From the NCBI GenBank assembly GCA_963775425.1, contig CAVZJB010000013.1:96001-160000 (forward strand): DNA of 64,000 bases. Reading direction: 5' to 3'. A program made the position numbers and the translations under genes. The notes beneath the pieces are model-generated. The model was not told where the DNA came from and searched no databases. It saw only the letters and a program-made list of their open reading frames with translations. Each line of letters opens with the position of its first letter. The first letter of the stretch is position 1. This DNA is from an uncultured delta proteobacterium (GTDB lineage Bacteria; Myxococcota; UBA727; VGSZ01). Below, piece by piece: positions 9,936-20,190 of the stretch.

Positions 9936-12461
9936 TCAACGTTGGCGCGGCCGGATGGTCATCGCGCCCTGCGCGGCTCGTTCCGCACCGGCGAGGTCCA
10001 TGGAGATCACCCGCGGCTTGCCGTCGTGCCAGAGCGGATATTGGTCGCCGATGTGCGGGCTGCCGAAGTGCCCGCTCTCGCCGGTGTCGTTCACCATGCG
10101 CACCGTGGGCGGGTCCGTCATCTCGGCGATCAAGCGGAGGCCGGCCCCGGCCCGCACGCGCATCCTGTGCCCGAAGTCGGGGTGCTCCGCGCGCGGCGTG
10201 CTGTCGTACCCGGACTCGGCCATCCCCGGCAGCGAGAACAGCCCGCCGACGAGCGGGACACCCGCGAGGACGCCGCGCAGGTCGAGCCGGTGCAGGTGAC
10301 CCCACGTCCAATCGTCGCCCGCCTCCTCCACGACGAGGTCGAGCGCCTGCTTCACCGCCTTCGCGACGAAGCCGTCGAGGCCCTCACGCGCCGTCGTCTT
10401 CGGGTCGTCGAAGACGGGGGAGCGTGCGCCCTTGTCCTCGGCGAGCACCAGCTCCTTGAGCGCCCACTGGACGAAGCTCTGGTGCGAGAGCTCGCCGGCG
10501 AGCGCCTCGTCCACGTGCGCGCGCAGCACGTCGTCGACGAAGGCGTGTTGCGTACGCGCGAAAGGCAAGGCGACGGCGTCGGTGGTGAAGACGCCGTCGA
10601 AGCCGCCGACGGCGTCGCAGAAGGCCTTGAGCTGCGCGTCGTCGTGTCCGTCGACGTGCTTGGGGCAGTGGCGCGCGAGCACGGGCGCGAGCGCGGCGGC
10701 GTCGATGGCGGTGACGTCCTGTTGGATGGCGAGGATGTCGTCGGTGCTGGCCTTCTTTCCCCCGTCGATGAGCGCGTGCAGGCGTTTCTCGATGCGCATG
10801 GCGCGGTAGGGGCCGGCGCCCTCGAAGCCGACGGCGGCCTGCGCGCCCACGCCGTCCTCGAGGACGCGCTGGTTGCTGGCGATGATGTAGCCCTTCGCGG
10901 GGTTGGTGAGCTGCGGCTTGTCCTGCGCCGAGACGCGGCCGCTCCACCCGGTCGCCCGGGGATAGTCCACGCGCTCCGCGTCCTTCCTCACGGGCACGAT
11001 GCCGCTCAAGCGATACGCGATGGTGCCGTCGGTGAACGCCATGTTCACGCTCATGGCCGGCGACGAGAAGTCCTGCAGCGCGCGCGTGGCCTCGTCGACG
11101 TTCGCGGCGCCGGCGAGGTTCCAAAACGCGGTGACGAGCCGGCCGTTGTCCACGGGGTACTGCTGCGCGGTCCACAGGAGGGCGAGCGCGTCGTCGCCGA
11201 CGTCGACGCCGCCGTAGCCGCGCGGGAGCACCGGGCCGAACACCGTGGTGTGCCAGTGCTCGTGGACGTCGCCGAAGCTCTGGGGCCACGCGCCGAACGC
11301 GTGGTGGACGCCGTCGACGAGGTAACCGTCCCCGTCGCGCTTGAGGAGTACGAGGTCCTGCGTGTCGGCGTAGGCGTTGGTGACGCCCCACGCGATGTGG
11401 CGGCCGTGCCCGATGAGCACCGCGGGGATGCCCGGGAACGTGCCGCCGGCGACGACGTAGTCGCCGCCGACGTGCAGGTCGGCCAGGTAGAAGACGCCGG
11501 GCGTCATGTGCGCGAGGTGCGGGTCGTTGGCGAGCACGGCGACGCCCTTCGCCGTGTGCTCCGGCGCCACCGCCCAGGAGTTGGACGCGCCGCGGCCGCC
11601 GCTCCCGAAGAGCTCCTGCAGCTCGCCCGTGAGCGCGGCGCGAAACGGCGCGCCGGCCTGCGGGGGGACGATCGCCGTCGCCCCCGTCGACGGCGCCGGC
11701 CCCGCCGGTGCCGACAGCGACGTCGACGCGAGCTGCGACGCGCGCGGCGGCGGCGACGTCGAGCTCGGCGGCGACGACGACGCGGACGGCGGCGCCGGGA
11801 TCTCGCTCGCGGCGACGACGGGGACGCCGCCCGAGGGCGTGTCGATCAGCAGCGCCTCCACCACGGGGTTGTCGCGGCCGAGCGCCTTCACGAGGTGATA
11901 GCGCGCGAGCTCCTCGCGAAAGCCGATGCCCTGGTCCCACTGTTGAAAGCGCGCCACCGCCAGCACGTCGCGCGGCGTCACCGGCTGCCAGCGCGCCCCG
12001 ATGAGCGTCATCTCCGCGGTGCGGCCGGCCATGGCGGCGCCGCGGTTGAGGCCCGAGCAGTACGCGGCAAGCAGCTCGGCGTCCGCGGCGTTGGCCTCCT
12101 TGAGCTGCTCGTCGAGACCGTACGTCAGCAGGCGGTTTTCGCGGTCGACGTCGAGCAGGTCCTTGCCGAGGATCTCCGTGAGCCTGCCCTCCGCCGCGTG
12201 CACGTAGAGGAAGATCTGAAAGGAACGCTCGCGCCCGTGCATGACGCCGAGCGCGTACGCGGCGTCGGCGCGGCTCCGCGCGAAGATGTGCGGGATGCCC
12301 AGGTCGTCGACGAAGACCTGGACGTCCTCGCCCGGCCAGTCCGCGTGCGAGCTGAGCACCAGCGGCGCCGCGCTCGGCGGGAGCGCCGGCGGCACGAACG
12401 GTGACAGCGGAGAGCAGGAGCACAGGAGCGAAGCGAACAGGACGCCGATCACGTTGCGCAT
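9936..12461 (-). CDS. Penicillin acylase family Ntn-hydrolase (acyl-homoserine-lactone acylase-like)
   Basis: DDLGIPHIFA, catalytic ASNSWAV, LANDPHL, GESGHFGSPHIGDQ; N-terminal signal/lipobox. Confidence 0.92.
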   Translation of the reverse strand: MRNVIGVLFASLLCSCSPLSPFVPPALPPSAAPLVLSSHADWPGEDVQVFVDDLGIPHIFARSRADAAYALGVMHGRERSFQIFLYVHAAEGRLTEILGKDLLDVDRENRLLTYGLDEQLKEANAADAELLAAYCSGLNRGAAMAGRTAEMTLIGARWQPVTPRDVLAVARFQQWDQGIGFREELARYHLVKALGRDNPVVEALLIDTPSGGVPVVAASEIPAPPSASSSPPSSTSPPPRASQLASTSLSAPAGPAPSTGATAIVPPQAGAPFRAALTGELQELFGSGGRGASNSWAVAPEHTAKGVAVLANDPHLAHMTPGVFYLADLHVGGDYVVAGGTFPGIPAVLIGHGRHIAWGVTNAYADTQDLVLLKRDGDGYLVDGVHHAFGAWPQSFGDVHEHWHTTVFGPVLPRGYGGVDVGDDALALLWTAQQYPVDNGRLVTAFWNLAGAANVDEATRALQDFSSPAMSVNMAFTDGTIAYRLSGIVPVRKDAERVDYPRATGWSGRVSAQDKPQLTNPAKGYIIASNQRVLEDGVGAQAAVGFEGAGPYRAMRIEKRLHALIDGGKKASTDDILAIQQDVTAIDAAALAPVLARHCPKHVDGHDDAQLKAFCDAVGGFDGVFTTDAVALPFARTQHAFVDDVLRAHVDEALAGELSHQSFVQWALKELVLAEDKGARSPVFDDPKTTAREGLDGFVAKAVKQALDLVVEEAGDDWTWGHLHRLDLRGVLAGVPLVGGLFSLPGMAESGYDSTPRAEHPDFGHRMRVRAGAGLRLIAEMTDPPTVRMVNDTGESGHFGSPHIGDQYPLWHDGKPRVISMDLAGAERAAQGAMTIRPRQR

Positions 12462-12504
12462 CCCGCACCGTTGTCGCACCGCGCCCGCTGCGTAAAGTGA
12501 CGAC

Positions 12505-12891
12505 ATGCGGGTGCTCCTCAACGTCGCTTGGGCCATCTTCGGGGGCGGTCTGGTCACCGCCCTCGAGTACGCCGTCGGCGGCGCCATCTTGTGCCTCACC
12601 GTCGTCGGCATCCCCTTCGGGCTGCAGTGCTTCAAGCTCGCGCGGCTCGCGCTGTTCCCGTTCGGCAAGGATGTCGTCGACGATCCCGGCTCCGCCGGCT
12701 CGGGGTTTCTCGGGCTCTTGATGAACCTCCTGTGGCTCGTGGTCGCCGGCCTGTGGACGTTCATCACCCACATCGGCCTCGCCCTCGGCCTCGCCGTCAC
12801 CATCATCGGCATCCCGTTCGCACTCCAGCACGTGAAGCTCGCCGTCCTCGCGCTCTTCCCGTTCGGACGCCGCGTGATCGTCACCGGCTGA
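12505..12891 (+). CDS. yccF: YccF-domain inner membrane protein
   Basis: Duplicated LNxxW...TxxGIPFxLQxxKLAxLALFPFG. Confidence 0.9.
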   Translation: MRVLLNVAWAIFGGGLVTALEYAVGGAILCLTVVGIPFGLQCFKLARLALFPFGKDVVDDPGSAGSGFLGLLMNLLWLVVAGLWTFITHIGLALGLAVTIIGIPFALQHVKLAVLALFPFGRRVIVTG

Positions 12892-13066
12892 GATTTCACC
12901 GGCCGGTGAATGCATTGCCGCCGGCGTCCGACCGCGGGGAGCAATGAGAGGAATCACACCTCGCGCGATTCCGGACGAGAAATGGCTTTTCTCGAGCCCC
13001 GAATCTGATTACCAAGGCCCCGGGGCCCCCTGGCTCGTATGCAGGGGGTGGGGACGGGGGAAAATC

Positions 13067-13477
13067 ATGTCACGCACTCTGCGGGTGCTGCTCATCGAGG
13101 ACGATGCGGCCCAGCGCCACATGCTCCGCCTCTCCCTGGAGAAGCGGGGCCACCAGGTCGCCGGCGAGATCGCCCGCGGCGACGACGACGCCATCGTCGG
13201 CTGCAGCGCCGACGTCGCCGTCGTCGACCTCGGGCTGCCGGGGCGCTCGGGTGTCGATGTCACCCGCGTGCTGCGCGCGCGGGACGTCCCCGTGCTCGTG
13301 GTCTCGGCGTCCGCGCACAGCGCCACCGTCACCGAGGCGCTCCTCGCGGGCGCGCTCGGCTACATCGTGAAGGGCGCGCGGCTCGGCGACATCGTCGACG
13401 CGGTCGAATGCGTTGCGCGGCGCGAGCAGGTCATTCCTGCGTCGGCGCGAGAGCCTTCTTCGCGACAGTCAGAGTGA
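13067..13477 (+). CDS. Stand-alone response regulator receiver (NarL-type)
   Basis: VLLIEDD, VVDLGLPGRSG, GALGYIVK; no output HTH. Confidence 0.85.
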   Translation: MSRTLRVLLIEDDAAQRHMLRLSLEKRGHQVAGEIARGDDDAIVGCSADVAVVDLGLPGRSGVDVTRVLRARDVPVLVVSASAHSATVTEALLAGALGYIVKGARLGDIVDAVECVARREQVIPASAREPSSRQSE

Positions 13478-13922
13478 AGCCCTGCCGCGCGAGCGCGGCG
13501 ATGGCCTTCTGCGGATCGCGCGCGTGCAGCCGGCGCCGGCGCACGTAGGCACGCGCGGCCTCGAGGTCGTCCTTGCCCTCGAGGGCGGCGCGCGCGGTGT
13601 CGTCGTCGACGCCCTGGGCGCGCAGCTTGTGGGCGATGGCGCGCGCGCTCTTGCCCCGCGCGTGCAGCGACGAGGCGCGGCCGGCGGCGACGCGGGCGTC
13701 GTCGAGGTACCCGGCGCGCGTGCAGCGCGCGATGACGTCGTCGATCCACGCGGGCGCATCGTCGCACGGCAGCGAGCGCCTGGCCTTGCGCTCGAGGAGC
13801 TTCTTGAGCTGCGCGGTGGTGAGCGCGCGCCGCTGCAGGTGGTACAGCGCGCTGTTCTCGAGCGACTTGAGGGTCAGCGGGCGCTTCGCTGTCTCGGACG
13901 GGCGGGGCCGGCCGGCGGCCAC
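13431..13922 (-). CDS. recX: RecX regulatory protein
   Basis: ALYHLQRR..T..L...L, GYLDDARVA, RGKSARAIAHKLRAQGV, ALARQGF. Confidence 0.9.
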   Translation of the reverse strand: MAAGRPRPSETAKRPLTLKSLENSALYHLQRRALTTAQLKKLLERKARRSLPCDDAPAWIDDVIARCTRAGYLDDARVAAGRASSLHARGKSARAIAHKLRAQGVDDDTARAALEGKDDLEAARAYVRRRRLHARDPQKAIAALARQGFTLTVAKKALAPTQE

Positions 13923-13926
13923 GCCG

Positions 13927-14259
13927 TCAGATCCCGGTGGCGGCGGCCCCGTCGCAGGAGCGGCCGCCGTCGACGACGCTCGCGCAGGCGGGGTCGCCGA
14001 AGAGGGTGAACAGCCCGGCGCCGCCGCCGCCCCCGTTCGGGGCGGTCACGCCGCCGCGCGCCCCGTCGAGCACGCCCCCCTGCGGACCGCCCGGGCCGCC
14101 GCCGGGGTCGCCCGGCGCCTTGGTCTCGCCGTCGCCGCCCTCGCCGCCCGGCGCGATGCCGCCGCCCCCGCCGCCCCCGCCGCCGCCCGCGCGCGCGTCG
14201 ACGCCGCCGGCAGCGAGCAGGAGGAGGGGCACGGCGAGCACGGCTGCAGAGCGTACCAT
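13927..14259 (-). CDS. Small secreted Gly-rich protein with C-terminal Cys pair
   Basis: Signal peptide MVRSAAVLAVPLLLLAAGG; fills the gap between recX and the SDR gene. Confidence 0.55.
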   Translation of the reverse strand: MVRSAAVLAVPLLLLAAGGVDARAGGGGGGGGGGIAPGGEGGDGETKAPGDPGGGPGGPQGGVLDGARGGVTAPNGGGGGAGLFTLFGDPACASVVDGGRSCDGAAATGI

Positions 14260-14310
14260 GCGCCCGGGCGCCCGGTTGCGCGCGCGCGCGCGCCCACTAT
14301 CCCTCGCGCG

Positions 14311-15735
14311 ATGGCCGCCTTCACCGACGACGAGCTCGCCGCCGCCCTGCGCGTGCTCGCCGCCGTCGCCGGCGACCGCGGGTTGCTCGCGGACGTCGCC
14401 GCGGAGCAGCGCGTCCTGCTGCAGAAGCTCGCCGGCGCCGTGGCGCGGCCGGACCTCAAGGAGCGCAAGCGCCTGCAGCGCGCGCTGTTGAGGAAGGAGA
14501 TCGCCGACAAGCGCGCGCGCGACGACGGCAAGCGCGCGCGCACCGGCATCCGCGCGCTGCGCAACGCGCCCGTCTTCGCCCCGCACGCGCTGCCGCCGCC
14601 GGCGCCGGCGGCGACGACGCAGGAGCGGCTCGAGGACGAGCGCAAGTGCTACGTGTGCAAGCGCGCGTACACCACGCTGCACCCGTTCTACGACCAGCTC
14701 TGCCCCGCCTGCGGCGCGCTCAACTTCGAAAAGCGCACGGCCACCGCGGACCTGCGCGGCAAGGTCGCGCTGGTGACGGGCGCGCGCGTGAAGATCGGCT
14801 ACCAGGCGGCGCTCCTGCTGCTGCGCGCGGGCTGCGGCGTGGTGGCGTGCACCCGCTTCCCCGGGGACGCCGCGCGGCGCTACGCGGGCGAGCCCGACTT
14901 CTCGTCGTGGGCGGAGCGCCTGCACGTGACCGGCATCGACCTGCGGCACACGCCGAGCGTCGAGGTGCTCTGCCGCCACCTCGCCGAGACGCTGCCGCGG
15001 CTCGACTTCCAGATCCACAACGCCTGCCAGACCGTTCGCCGGCCGCCGGGCTTCTACGAGCACCTGCTCGAGGGCGAGCGCGCGCCGCTGCCGAAGGAGC
15101 TCGCGGGCGTGGTGGCCCGCGTCGACGGCGTGCGCGATCCCGTGGCGGCCTCACAGCTCGACCCCGGCCACGAGCTGCCGGCGACGACGGCCGCGGAGAT
15201 CTTTCCCCGCGGCGTGCTCGACGCCGACCTGCAGCAGGTGGACCTGCGCGCGCACAACTCCTGGCGGCTCACGCTCGGCGAGGTGCCCACGCTCGAGCTC
15301 CTCGAGGTGCTGCTGGTGAACGCGGCGGCGCCGTTCGTGATGGCGGCCAAGCTCAAGCCGCTGATGCTCGCGAGCGAAGGGCCGAAGCACGTCGTCATGG
15401 TCTCGGCGATGGAGGGCCAGTTCTACCGGGACCACAAGACGGACAAGCACCCGCACACCAACATGGCCAAGGCCGCCTTGAACATGCTCGTGAGGACATC
15501 GGCGCAGGACTACGTGAAGGACGGCATCTACCTGAACGCCGTCGACACCGGCTGGGTCACCGACGAGGACCCCGCCCACCTCGCGGCGAAGAAGGCGGAG
15601 GAGCACCGCTTCTCGCCACCGCTCGACATCGTCGACGGCGCGGCCCGCATCGTCGACCCGATCTTCTCGGGCTTCCACACGGGCGAGCACGCGTGCGGCG
15701 TGTTCTTCAAGGACTACGCCCCCGCGCCCTGGTGA
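14311..15735 (+). CDS. SDR-family oxidoreductase with N-terminal zinc ribbon
   Basis: CYVC...CPAC, ALVTGARVKIG, HTNMAKAALNM, NAVDTGWVTDE. Confidence 0.92.
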   Translation: MAAFTDDELAAALRVLAAVAGDRGLLADVAAEQRVLLQKLAGAVARPDLKERKRLQRALLRKEIADKRARDDGKRARTGIRALRNAPVFAPHALPPPAPAATTQERLEDERKCYVCKRAYTTLHPFYDQLCPACGALNFEKRTATADLRGKVALVTGARVKIGYQAALLLLRAGCGVVACTRFPGDAARRYAGEPDFSSWAERLHVTGIDLRHTPSVEVLCRHLAETLPRLDFQIHNACQTVRRPPGFYEHLLEGERAPLPKELAGVVARVDGVRDPVAASQLDPGHELPATTAAEIFPRGVLDADLQQVDLRAHNSWRLTLGEVPTLELLEVLLVNAAAPFVMAAKLKPLMLASEGPKHVVMVSAMEGQFYRDHKTDKHPHTNMAKAALNMLVRTSAQDYVKDGIYLNAVDTGWVTDEDPAHLAAKKAEEHRFSPPLDIVDGAARIVDPIFSGFHTGEHACGVFFKDYAPAPW

Positions 15736-15816
15736 CCGCCTGCGAGCGACGACGACCATGGCGCGCGCAGACGTGGCGCGCCCCCATGACGGCGGCCCGG
15801 CGGCGTATCCTTCGGC

Positions 15817-16122
15817 ATGCGGATCGCGATCGTGGCCTGCGTCCTCTTCCTGTGCGCCTGCGCCTGCGGGCGCACGGTCGACGCCAGCCAATACAGCCGC
15901 GCCTGCAGCGCCGACGCCGACTGCGTCCTCGTCGCCGACGGCGACCTCTGCGGCCCGTGCCACTGCCTGAGCGCGACCATCGCCGCGTCGGAGCTGCCCC
16001 GCTTCAACGGCGACGCGGACGGCGTGTGCCTCCCGAGGCTCGACACGGTCGAGTGCCTCTGCGCGCTCCCGCCGTCGCCGGTGTGCGCCGGCGGGCAGTG
16101 CCAGATCCCCGCCACGCGCTGA
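15817..16122 (+). CDS. Small Cys-rich lipoprotein
   Basis: LCACAC lipobox; CSADADCVLV...C..GQC pattern. Confidence 0.75.
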   Translation: MRIAIVACVLFLCACACGRTVDASQYSRACSADADCVLVADGDLCGPCHCLSATIAASELPRFNGDADGVCLPRLDTVECLCALPPSPVCAGGQCQIPATR

Positions 16123-16373
16123 CGTCGCTGCTGCGCGCGTCAGTGCCGCGTCGAGGGTTGCGCGGGAGCCTCGCGGCGCCGCGCGACGAGCACCCACGCT
16201 CGCGCGGACGCTTCGTCGCCGGGCGAAAAGGACGTCGCGTTCAGACGGGCGACCTCGAGCTGCGGCTCGACGGCGTCGACGATGTCGCGGGCCGTTCGCC
16301 GCGGCGGCCCGCCGTCCCGCGGCGGCCCCTCCGTGCTGCCGATGACGCTCAGCCACATTGCGGCCGCGCTGAC

Positions 16374-18323
16374 TCAATCCGTGCTGAGGAAGGTGAGGGG
16401 CGTGCCTGCGGTGGGGGCGCCGAGGCTCGCGCCGAACGAGCTCGGGTAGTGCCAATTGAAGGTGCCGCTCTGGACCTTGAGATCGTGGCCGGCGTGAATC
16501 TCGCCGTAGAAGTCGATGGTCCCGGGGCTGTTCCACGTGAGGTTGTTTCCGACCCACACCGTCCCGGCCATGGCCGTCACGCCCGCGTTCAAGTGCGCGT
16601 CGTGCGTCACGATGAGCGAAGGGAACAGCATGCTGGTGTCGTTGGTGTGGCCGGTGCCGAACCACTCGGCGCCGCTGATGGTGAGATCGCCCTGCACGAT
16701 GACGGTGGCCGGCGGCCAGTTCGTCCCGAGCGTGAGGGTGGCGCCCGAGGGAGCGGTGCCGCCGAAGGACACGGAGGTGTTGATGTTGACGCCTGCGAAG
16801 AAGTAGTCGGCCGCAGGCACGGCGGCGGGGTTGAGACCGCCGGCAAACCAATACTGTGTGCCGTCGCTCTCGAGGACGGCGTTGCTCCCGTTGCACGTCG
16901 CCGCCGTGCAGTTGCCGGTGACGGCGGTCTGGCCCGGGTAGGCCCCCGCGGGAGCGATGGCGCAGAGGCTGAAGTCCGGCTTGTTGAAACTATCGGTGGC
17001 GTTGGCCGTGCCGAAGGTCGCCCCGGGGCACGTCGTCGAGATCATGGAGTTCAAGCTCGCGCCGTCGACCGGCGCGGGCGTGTCGTTCTTGGGCTCGAAC
17101 GCGCCCGTGGCACCGTTGACGTTCGTGGGGAACGGCGCACAGATCCCACCGCCTCCGTCGCTGATGACGAGCGGCGTCCAGCACGCGCCGAAGCCCGGGT
17201 CGTCGAGCTTGGGCGCGGGCACGGGCGTCGACGACCCCGCCATGTTGCTGCACGGCGCGCCGCCGCCGCGGCTCGCGCCCGGATCCCAGACAAAGAGGGC
17301 GAATTGGTTCGCTCCTCCGTTGATGACCATGAAATTGCAGGGGCTCGTCCAGTCCGCGACCTTGTCGGAGTCGGTGCCGCTGCTGAACGGATCCGGGACG
17401 GCCAACACCGGCGACGGCGAGGGCAGCGCGGTGGTGATGGAGCCGAGCGCGCAGTCCTGGGCGGCGTTGCAGCCGGACGTCGATTCGTCGATGCAGCTCT
17501 GCCATTGGGACGGCACCGTCCCGCCGTTTTGAAAGGAGTCGCCGCACGTACAACCGCTGCCGCCGCTGGCGCTCTTGATGTTGTGGCCGACGGCGACGCT
17601 GCCTTCGGGGCTGCAGCCGTTGAAGTCGGCGCCGTCGGACGTGAAGTCGTGGCCGACGGTGATGCCCGGGGCGCTCGGCGCCGTGAGGTACTGGAAGGCC
17701 TGGTGGAGCGTCACGCGGTGGACGTTGGGCGAGTCGGGGTTGGTGCCCGGTGAGATGCCGACGACGGTGATGAGCACCATGCGATCGCGATCGCGCAGCG
17801 GGTTGTCGCCGCCCCCGCCGATGTCCGTGGGGCCCTCCACGCAGGTGCCGAACGAGCCCGGGTGGTTGCTCGTGGTGGCGGCCCAGTTGGGCTCGGTGCG
17901 CTGGTCGTCGGAGTCGTCGTCGAAGCGGATCATGTACGCGCCGGCGCCGTACGGCACGAGCAGGTAGTTCTTGCCGTTGTACGTGACGGCGGCGGCGCCC
18001 GGGTCGGTGAGCTCGGGCATATTGCAGTTCGCGCACGGCGCCGGGGTCGACGGGAGCGAGGAGCAGTCGGCCGACAGATCCGGGTCGAGCGCCTGGTCGA
18101 GGTCGCCGTCGGCGACGCCCACCGTCTGCAGATACGTCGAGGCGCGCTCCATCCCACTGCGGGCGATGGCGGCGGCGGCCTCGGCGCCGGCGGAGTGCGC
18201 GGCGTCCAGGCGCGCCGACATCGATGTCGCCACCATGGCGGAGGCGATGATGGCCGCGGCGAGCGCGACGAGGAGCACCACCAACAACACGAACCCGCGC
18301 AGCTTCTTCTTTCGCTTCGTCAT
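16374..18323 (-). CDS. PilX-like minor pilin with large Cys-rich C-terminal extension
   Basis: RG|FVLLVVLLV (no Glu5, as in PilX/GspK), IARSGMERA; about 650 aa; last gene of the pilin operon. Confidence 0.75.
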   Translation of the reverse strand: MTKRKKKLRGFVLLVVLLVALAAAIIASAMVATSMSARLDAAHSAGAEAAAAIARSGMERASTYLQTVGVADGDLDQALDPDLSADCSSLPSTPAPCANCNMPELTDPGAAAVTYNGKNYLLVPYGAGAYMIRFDDDSDDQRTEPNWAATTSNHPGSFGTCVEGPTDIGGGGDNPLRDRDRMVLITVVGISPGTNPDSPNVHRVTLHQAFQYLTAPSAPGITVGHDFTSDGADFNGCSPEGSVAVGHNIKSASGGSGCTCGDSFQNGGTVPSQWQSCIDESTSGCNAAQDCALGSITTALPSPSPVLAVPDPFSSGTDSDKVADWTSPCNFMVINGGANQFALFVWDPGASRGGGAPCSNMAGSSTPVPAPKLDDPGFGACWTPLVISDGGGGICAPFPTNVNGATGAFEPKNDTPAPVDGASLNSMISTTCPGATFGTANATDSFNKPDFSLCAIAPAGAYPGQTAVTGNCTAATCNGSNAVLESDGTQYWFAGGLNPAAVPAADYFFAGVNINTSVSFGGTAPSGATLTLGTNWPPATVIVQGDLTISGAEWFGTGHTNDTSMLFPSLIVTHDAHLNAGVTAMAGTVWVGNNLTWNSPGTIDFYGEIHAGHDLKVQSGTFNWHYPSSFGASLGAPTAGTPLTFLSTD

Positions 18324-18343
18324 CGCAGTGCCTCGCGTGGGAT

Positions 18344-19708
18344 TCAGTGGTGCCCGCCGTGGTGGCCACCATGAGAGAAGAAGCCGAAGTGGTGGCCGCA
18401 GCCGAAGAGGAAGCCGAGGAAGCCGCAGCCGCCGTGGCCGTGGCCGCCGGGGTGCGGCGCGTGCCCGGCAGGGGCGGCGGCGGCGCCCGCGTTGTCGATG
18501 AGACCCCCGAAGTTGTCGATGTAGAAGCGCTTCTTCATCTGGAAGTCCGAGGTCTGCACGCTGCCGGAGACCTTGCGCGACAGGGCGAGGGAGACGTCGA
18601 CGGACGCCACCTTGGCGGCGCTGTCGAGGTCCCAGGTGCCGGTGATCGACGTCCCGCTCTCGTCGTTGTACGTGAGGGTGAAGGCGCTGACGCCCGTCAT
18701 CACCGTCTCCCAGCCGGTGCCGTCGGTGGGCGGCGCGCAGTCGGTGGGGGTGGCGGTGCTGCGGAAGTTGCCGTTGCCGACCTTGGGGAAGTTGGCGGCG
18801 CCCGGATCGACGATCCGCCCCCAACACTGCCGCCGGAGCAGCACGCAGTCCGTGCTCCCGGCCGGACAGGCGTTGCCCGGCGTGGCGGAGTCTTCGAGCG
18901 ACCAGAAGACGCGATCGACGGTGGCGGCGTAGCCGCCGGCGTTCTTCTGGAACATCTCGTCGAGCTGGACCGCGGGCGCCCCGCCGCTGTTGAACGTGTT
19001 GCCGCTGCCCGCGCCGTTGCTGAGCGCGATGCCCAGGTACGGACCGTCGGTGGCGGTGGCGGAGCCGTTCCACTCGCGCTCGTACCAGCCGCCGTCCACT
19101 GCGCCGACCACGAGGTGGACGTGGTGGCTGCCGCTCTCCCACTTGTTGAGGGCCCACGGACACAAGCGCGAGGACGGGTGGCCCGCGTCGCAGATGTCGC
19201 CGGCGCCGAACACGCCGCCGGACGGGCCCGTGAGGAGCGTCGCCGTGGTGTTGTCGCACTGGTAGCTGGTCGCGCCCCCGGCGCTCGGCACGCAGGGGGA
19301 GATCTCCGAGGTCACGTCGAGGTGGTTGAGCGCCGCGCCGCCCCCGACGTCGGCGACGGTGACGATGCCGTTGAGGTCCGCGTTCGGGTACGGCAGGTCA
19401 CCCAGAAAGACGATGTTGTCCGGCTTGCCGATGCGGATGAGCGGGCGCAGTTGGTGGTCCTCGCGCGTCCCCACAAAGTCGGGGACGTCGATGCGGTCAC
19501 CGCGCGGGACGCCGACGCCCATGGCGGTGATGTCCTTGCCGATGATGTCGAAGACGAGCTCGGCGTCGCGTGCGAGCGCGGCCTTGGCCACGGCATTCTG
19601 CTGGGCGCTGTGGGCGTTGAGGAGGGTGAGGAGCGCCGCCGCCGCGATGACGGAGCCGATGGCGAGCGCGACGGCGACCTCGATGAGGGTAAAGGCTCTG
19701 CTCTTCAT
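18344..19708 (-). CDS. PilW-like minor pilin with His/Gly-rich tail
   Basis: Prepilin motif RA|FTLIEVAVALAI; DITAMGVG helix end. Confidence 0.85.
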   Translation of the reverse strand: MKSRAFTLIEVAVALAIGSVIAAAALLTLLNAHSAQQNAVAKAALARDAELVFDIIGKDITAMGVGVPRGDRIDVPDFVGTREDHQLRPLIRIGKPDNIVFLGDLPYPNADLNGIVTVADVGGGAALNHLDVTSEISPCVPSAGGATSYQCDNTTATLLTGPSGGVFGAGDICDAGHPSSRLCPWALNKWESGSHHVHLVVGAVDGGWYEREWNGSATATDGPYLGIALSNGAGSGNTFNSGGAPAVQLDEMFQKNAGGYAATVDRVFWSLEDSATPGNACPAGSTDCVLLRRQCWGRIVDPGAANFPKVGNGNFRSTATPTDCAPPTDGTGWETVMTGVSAFTLTYNDESGTSITGTWDLDSAAKVASVDVSLALSRKVSGSVQTSDFQMKKRFYIDNFGGLIDNAGAAAAPAGHAPHPGGHGHGGCGFLGFLFGCGHHFGFFSHGGHHGGHH

Positions 19709-20190
19709 CCCTGTCCCTTCAAGCCAGTCATGGTGATGGCCTTCAGCCCTTGCCGGGTGGGGTAGTGGACGGTGACGATGATCTCGAAGATGTTGGCGTC
19801 GAGGCCGAACGGTGACCTGGTGGCGTAGGCGGCGGTCTGGTCGGTGATGGTCCACTCCCAGCTCATGCCCGGGAAGCACGTCGTCGCCGGCGGCACCGGC
19901 TGGCACGCCCCCGGCGTCGCGTCGACGGCGATCGGCGCCTGCGTGATCGGCGTGATGCCCTCCACCGAGCCGAGCTCCTCGAGCTTGGCGTGGCACAGCG
20001 TCATCGCCTGCGCCTTGCGGGTCGCGTACGTGGTGTCGGCGCGCTGCTCGGTGAGCACCGCGAACGTGGAGGCGAGCACCGCGGCGAGGATGGCGCCGCC
20101 GAACAACGCCTCGATGAGCAGGTACGCACGGGGCGACCGGCGTCGGCGCGGCGGGCGAGCGGGGGCCGGTGCGACGAGAGGTGATGTCAT
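19705..20190 (-). CDS. PilV-like minor pilin
   Basis: RA|YLLIEALF prepilin motif; AMTLCHAKLEEL. Confidence 0.8.
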   Translation of the reverse strand: MTSPLVAPAPARPPRRRRSPRAYLLIEALFGGAILAAVLASTFAVLTEQRADTTYATRKAQAMTLCHAKLEELGSVEGITPITQAPIAVDATPGACQPVPPATTCFPGMSWEWTITDQTAAYATRSPFGLDANIFEIIVTVHYPTRQGLKAITMTGLKGQG

